From Lophium mytilinum (taxonomy: Eukaryota), in assembly GCA_010093605.1 (NCBI GenBank), contig MU004183.1, forward strand, positions 744,001-808,000: 64,000 nt of DNA. Reading direction: 5' to 3'. The notes under the pieces are model-generated. The model saw nothing but the letters and a program-made list of their open reading frames with translations. It made no database searches and was not told the origin of the DNA. Both the position numbers and the translations under genes were made by a program. Below, in pieces: positions 61,582-64,000 of this stretch; the first letter of the stretch is position 1; each line of letters opens with the position of its first letter.

Positions 61582-62313
61582 GGCGCCTATTGAATGCGAA
61601 GCCTAGAGAGAGCCGTGATTTGCGGCGCGATCAAGCGAGGCTTTTGAACAAGAGCTCGACCAGCGAGCTGTGAAGAATTGGAGTGGAATGGATATAGCGG
61701 GCAGGGTGGTCTAGATGCACGACAGGAACGCAAGGAGGATGTAACAACGATATATTAACGGCCGCGCAACTCAGCCAGTAGGTGCGACGACGCCTTTTCC
61801 CATAGAGAAGGCAGGCGCTGTAGCTCATATATACATGCAGACCCGCCGTGACTGTTCATCGTCGAGGGTGTGCGTCACATATGGGAGTCGAGTTCCGACG
61901 TTGCCATTGCGAAACCTACAAAGGCAGGTTGGAGTTTGCGGGCCGTTTCAGAAGGCAAGGAGAGTAGCCGAGCGCGTTAGAAGATTATCATTGCGTACCA
62001 GGTCCGTCTAGCCAATCTGAGCATGCAACAGCGTCTCCCACACTGCCGGCCAGGGATCCCATCGGTACCTGGCGATACGGGCTCGAGGGCAATGCGATCT
62101 CTGATGGGTTCGGCATTAGATACCTGTCCGCTCCTACTGTACAATATATAATCTCCCGCGATCGCTATCCCTCCAAATAATTACATACTGCAAGTCATAT
62201 ATATCCTTCTATTGGGTATAAAGCAACTAACTACCAGATTTCAATGAGCGCTGCGGAATTCCAGAAAAGCGTGTATCAAGCGCAAACCCGTCCTCCCCCG
62301 GAATGCTCCGCTT

Positions 62314-63568
62314 TTACTCAGTTATCAACAAGTTGCCTGCTCCCTTGAAGGTCGGCTGTGCTGCTGGCATCACCTGGCTGCACTCCGTTAGATTGTTGAT
62401 GTTGTTGACGCCTAACAAGCTCAAGCGGGTGTATGCAGTAGCATAGTCCTAGATAGGAAGTTAGCGATTAGCAGCGTAGAACAAACGGAAGGTAATATAG
62501 ATATCGCGACCTACCTCATCCCAGTGGCTCTGGCCGCCTGGACCGGCAAACTTCAGCCACTCATTGTTCATACGTGGGTCCGCGGAGAGCACCAGATCGC
62601 TATTGAAGCGCAACACCTGCTTGGGGAGCGGACCTGTGCCGACGGTCTGATTGTAGAAAAGCGTATCCCATACACCGGGGGTACCGTCTTGTGGAGCTCC
62701 CTTCCTAGTAGTATCTACGAAGTACTGTCGGCTCGTAGTATGTGCGCCTACAAGTGCGGCGAGATCGTGAGGCGGGATAGTTTTGTCCTGGAAGAGAGCG
62801 ACCAGCTTATCGGCACTGTCATTGACGCCGGGGAGGAGACCAGTCGGGGCCGGAGTAGAGCTGTCTTTTCTGCCCACAAATACGCGTATCCGAGGGCCGA
62901 GAGGACAGGTGACTACGGCGTGAATGGCTGAGAATTGGATCAGGTCGGCGTAACTATTTCCATATTGTCAACGTCATTCAGTACAAGAGAATGAGGAGCT
63001 GTTACCCAACCCCAAAAGACTTTGCTGTTGCTTTCGCCAGTGCCGCAATGCCTGCCAGACCTTTGTTCTCTGGACGACTGATCTCAGAGCCGGAGAGAAG
63101 AATACTGCCGTCTGCCCCTCCGAAGTCCTGTCCCGCTGCTGCGTTGGACTGTGACCATGCTCCAGCATCATGGAATCCAAGTCTAATTGCTTGTCGGGCG
63201 ATCTCGTTGCACCGACCTGTCGGACCCTTGAAAGCAGATGTCAGGGCCGCAGAAACGTAGAACCAAACGCAGCAAGTGTCGGCCTTGCAAGCCTTGCTAG
63301 AGAGTACCCCAGGCGGTTTGTATCCCACAGGAGCGGCTTGTGCATCTTCCTGTCTTAATAGAATATTCGCTATGCTTTGGCCGACCGGGGAGGTGATGCC
63401 GCTTTTGAGGTCTCCGATCAGAATAGGTGTAGCGTCTCCATCATCGTTGGTATCCTGAGCTAATCTTCGAGCAAGATCGCCCATTGTCTTCGCCATTCCA
63501 GGCCAGCCATATACCGGCTCGAGAAGAGCAGCAAGGCCACATCCTAGCACGATGCTGGTGAGCTTCAT
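62314..63568 (-). CDS. Secreted class II-type heme peroxidase (AA2), generic type
   Basis: Signal peptide, TCCVW, distal AIRLGFHDA, GGADGS, ENKGL, proximal LVGAHT, DGTPGVWDTLFY, FNSD; two introns; stop at 62314-62316. Confidence 0.93.
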
Positions 63569-64000
63569 AATTACCACTACGCCAAGAACGCTGAATATAA
63601 GGAAGAAGTGATAGAATTACAACAAATAGAACGTCAAACGATTGACTTACTTCTAGGAAGCTCCGTATTAGCCCATGCTCATGAGCGAGAGCACAGCGTC
63701 ATATACCTATTTGCATTGTCTATGGTTAGGCTTGACTCCTACAGCTGTGGTCTGTTCGGAAGTTTCGAATGCTGGGCGCCGGGAGACGTGCATCAAGAAC
63801 GAGCCTGGCCTTTGCTCTCCGGAGTGCTCGCTCGCCACTGGATCCAGATATGGAGGCCTACGTGCACTCGCGGTGAGGGACTATCCAGATCGCGCTTGCT
63901 GGTCGGTAAGTGCCTATGCCTGGTTGGACTTGTCTTGACAGCTGGCGTACCAGATCTCGAGCTACGAGCGCCACATTGGCGGTGCAGAAGCTGAGCATGA

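Overview
Gene-dense, intron-containing DNA from a filamentous ascomycete (Pezizomycotina, probably a Dothideomycete). Introns are mostly ~50 nt GT..AG with CTRAC/CTAAT branch sites. Recognisable genes: an MBL-fold hydrolase, a TMEM135-like protein, a class I methyltransferase, ARP8, PAF1, a Gfo/Idh/MocA oxidoreductase, MED17, ISN1, a DUF4291 protein, the LCB1-FKS1-GH72 block, a secreted CBM18 protein, a ZRG17-like transporter, AP-2 alpha adaptin, PLPBP/YggS, an AIM6-like protein and a class II peroxidase. Four things are not explained by these calls. (1) Two adjacent orphan genes at 1.5-5.9 kb carry five copies of an unrecognised ~140-aa domain, each split by a phase-0 intron at the same motif. 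(2) A 129-bp tandem array sits inside a 570-nt intron that splits the HxHxDH motif of the MBL hydrolase. (3) A repeat-protein pseudogene with RIP-type stops lies at 58.8-60.6 kb. (4) C/A-rich to G/T-rich skew flips recur every few kb regardless of gene orientation. Gene models and alignments were made by hand and no database searches were run. I recognised no tRNA, rRNA, CRISPR array or intact transposon.
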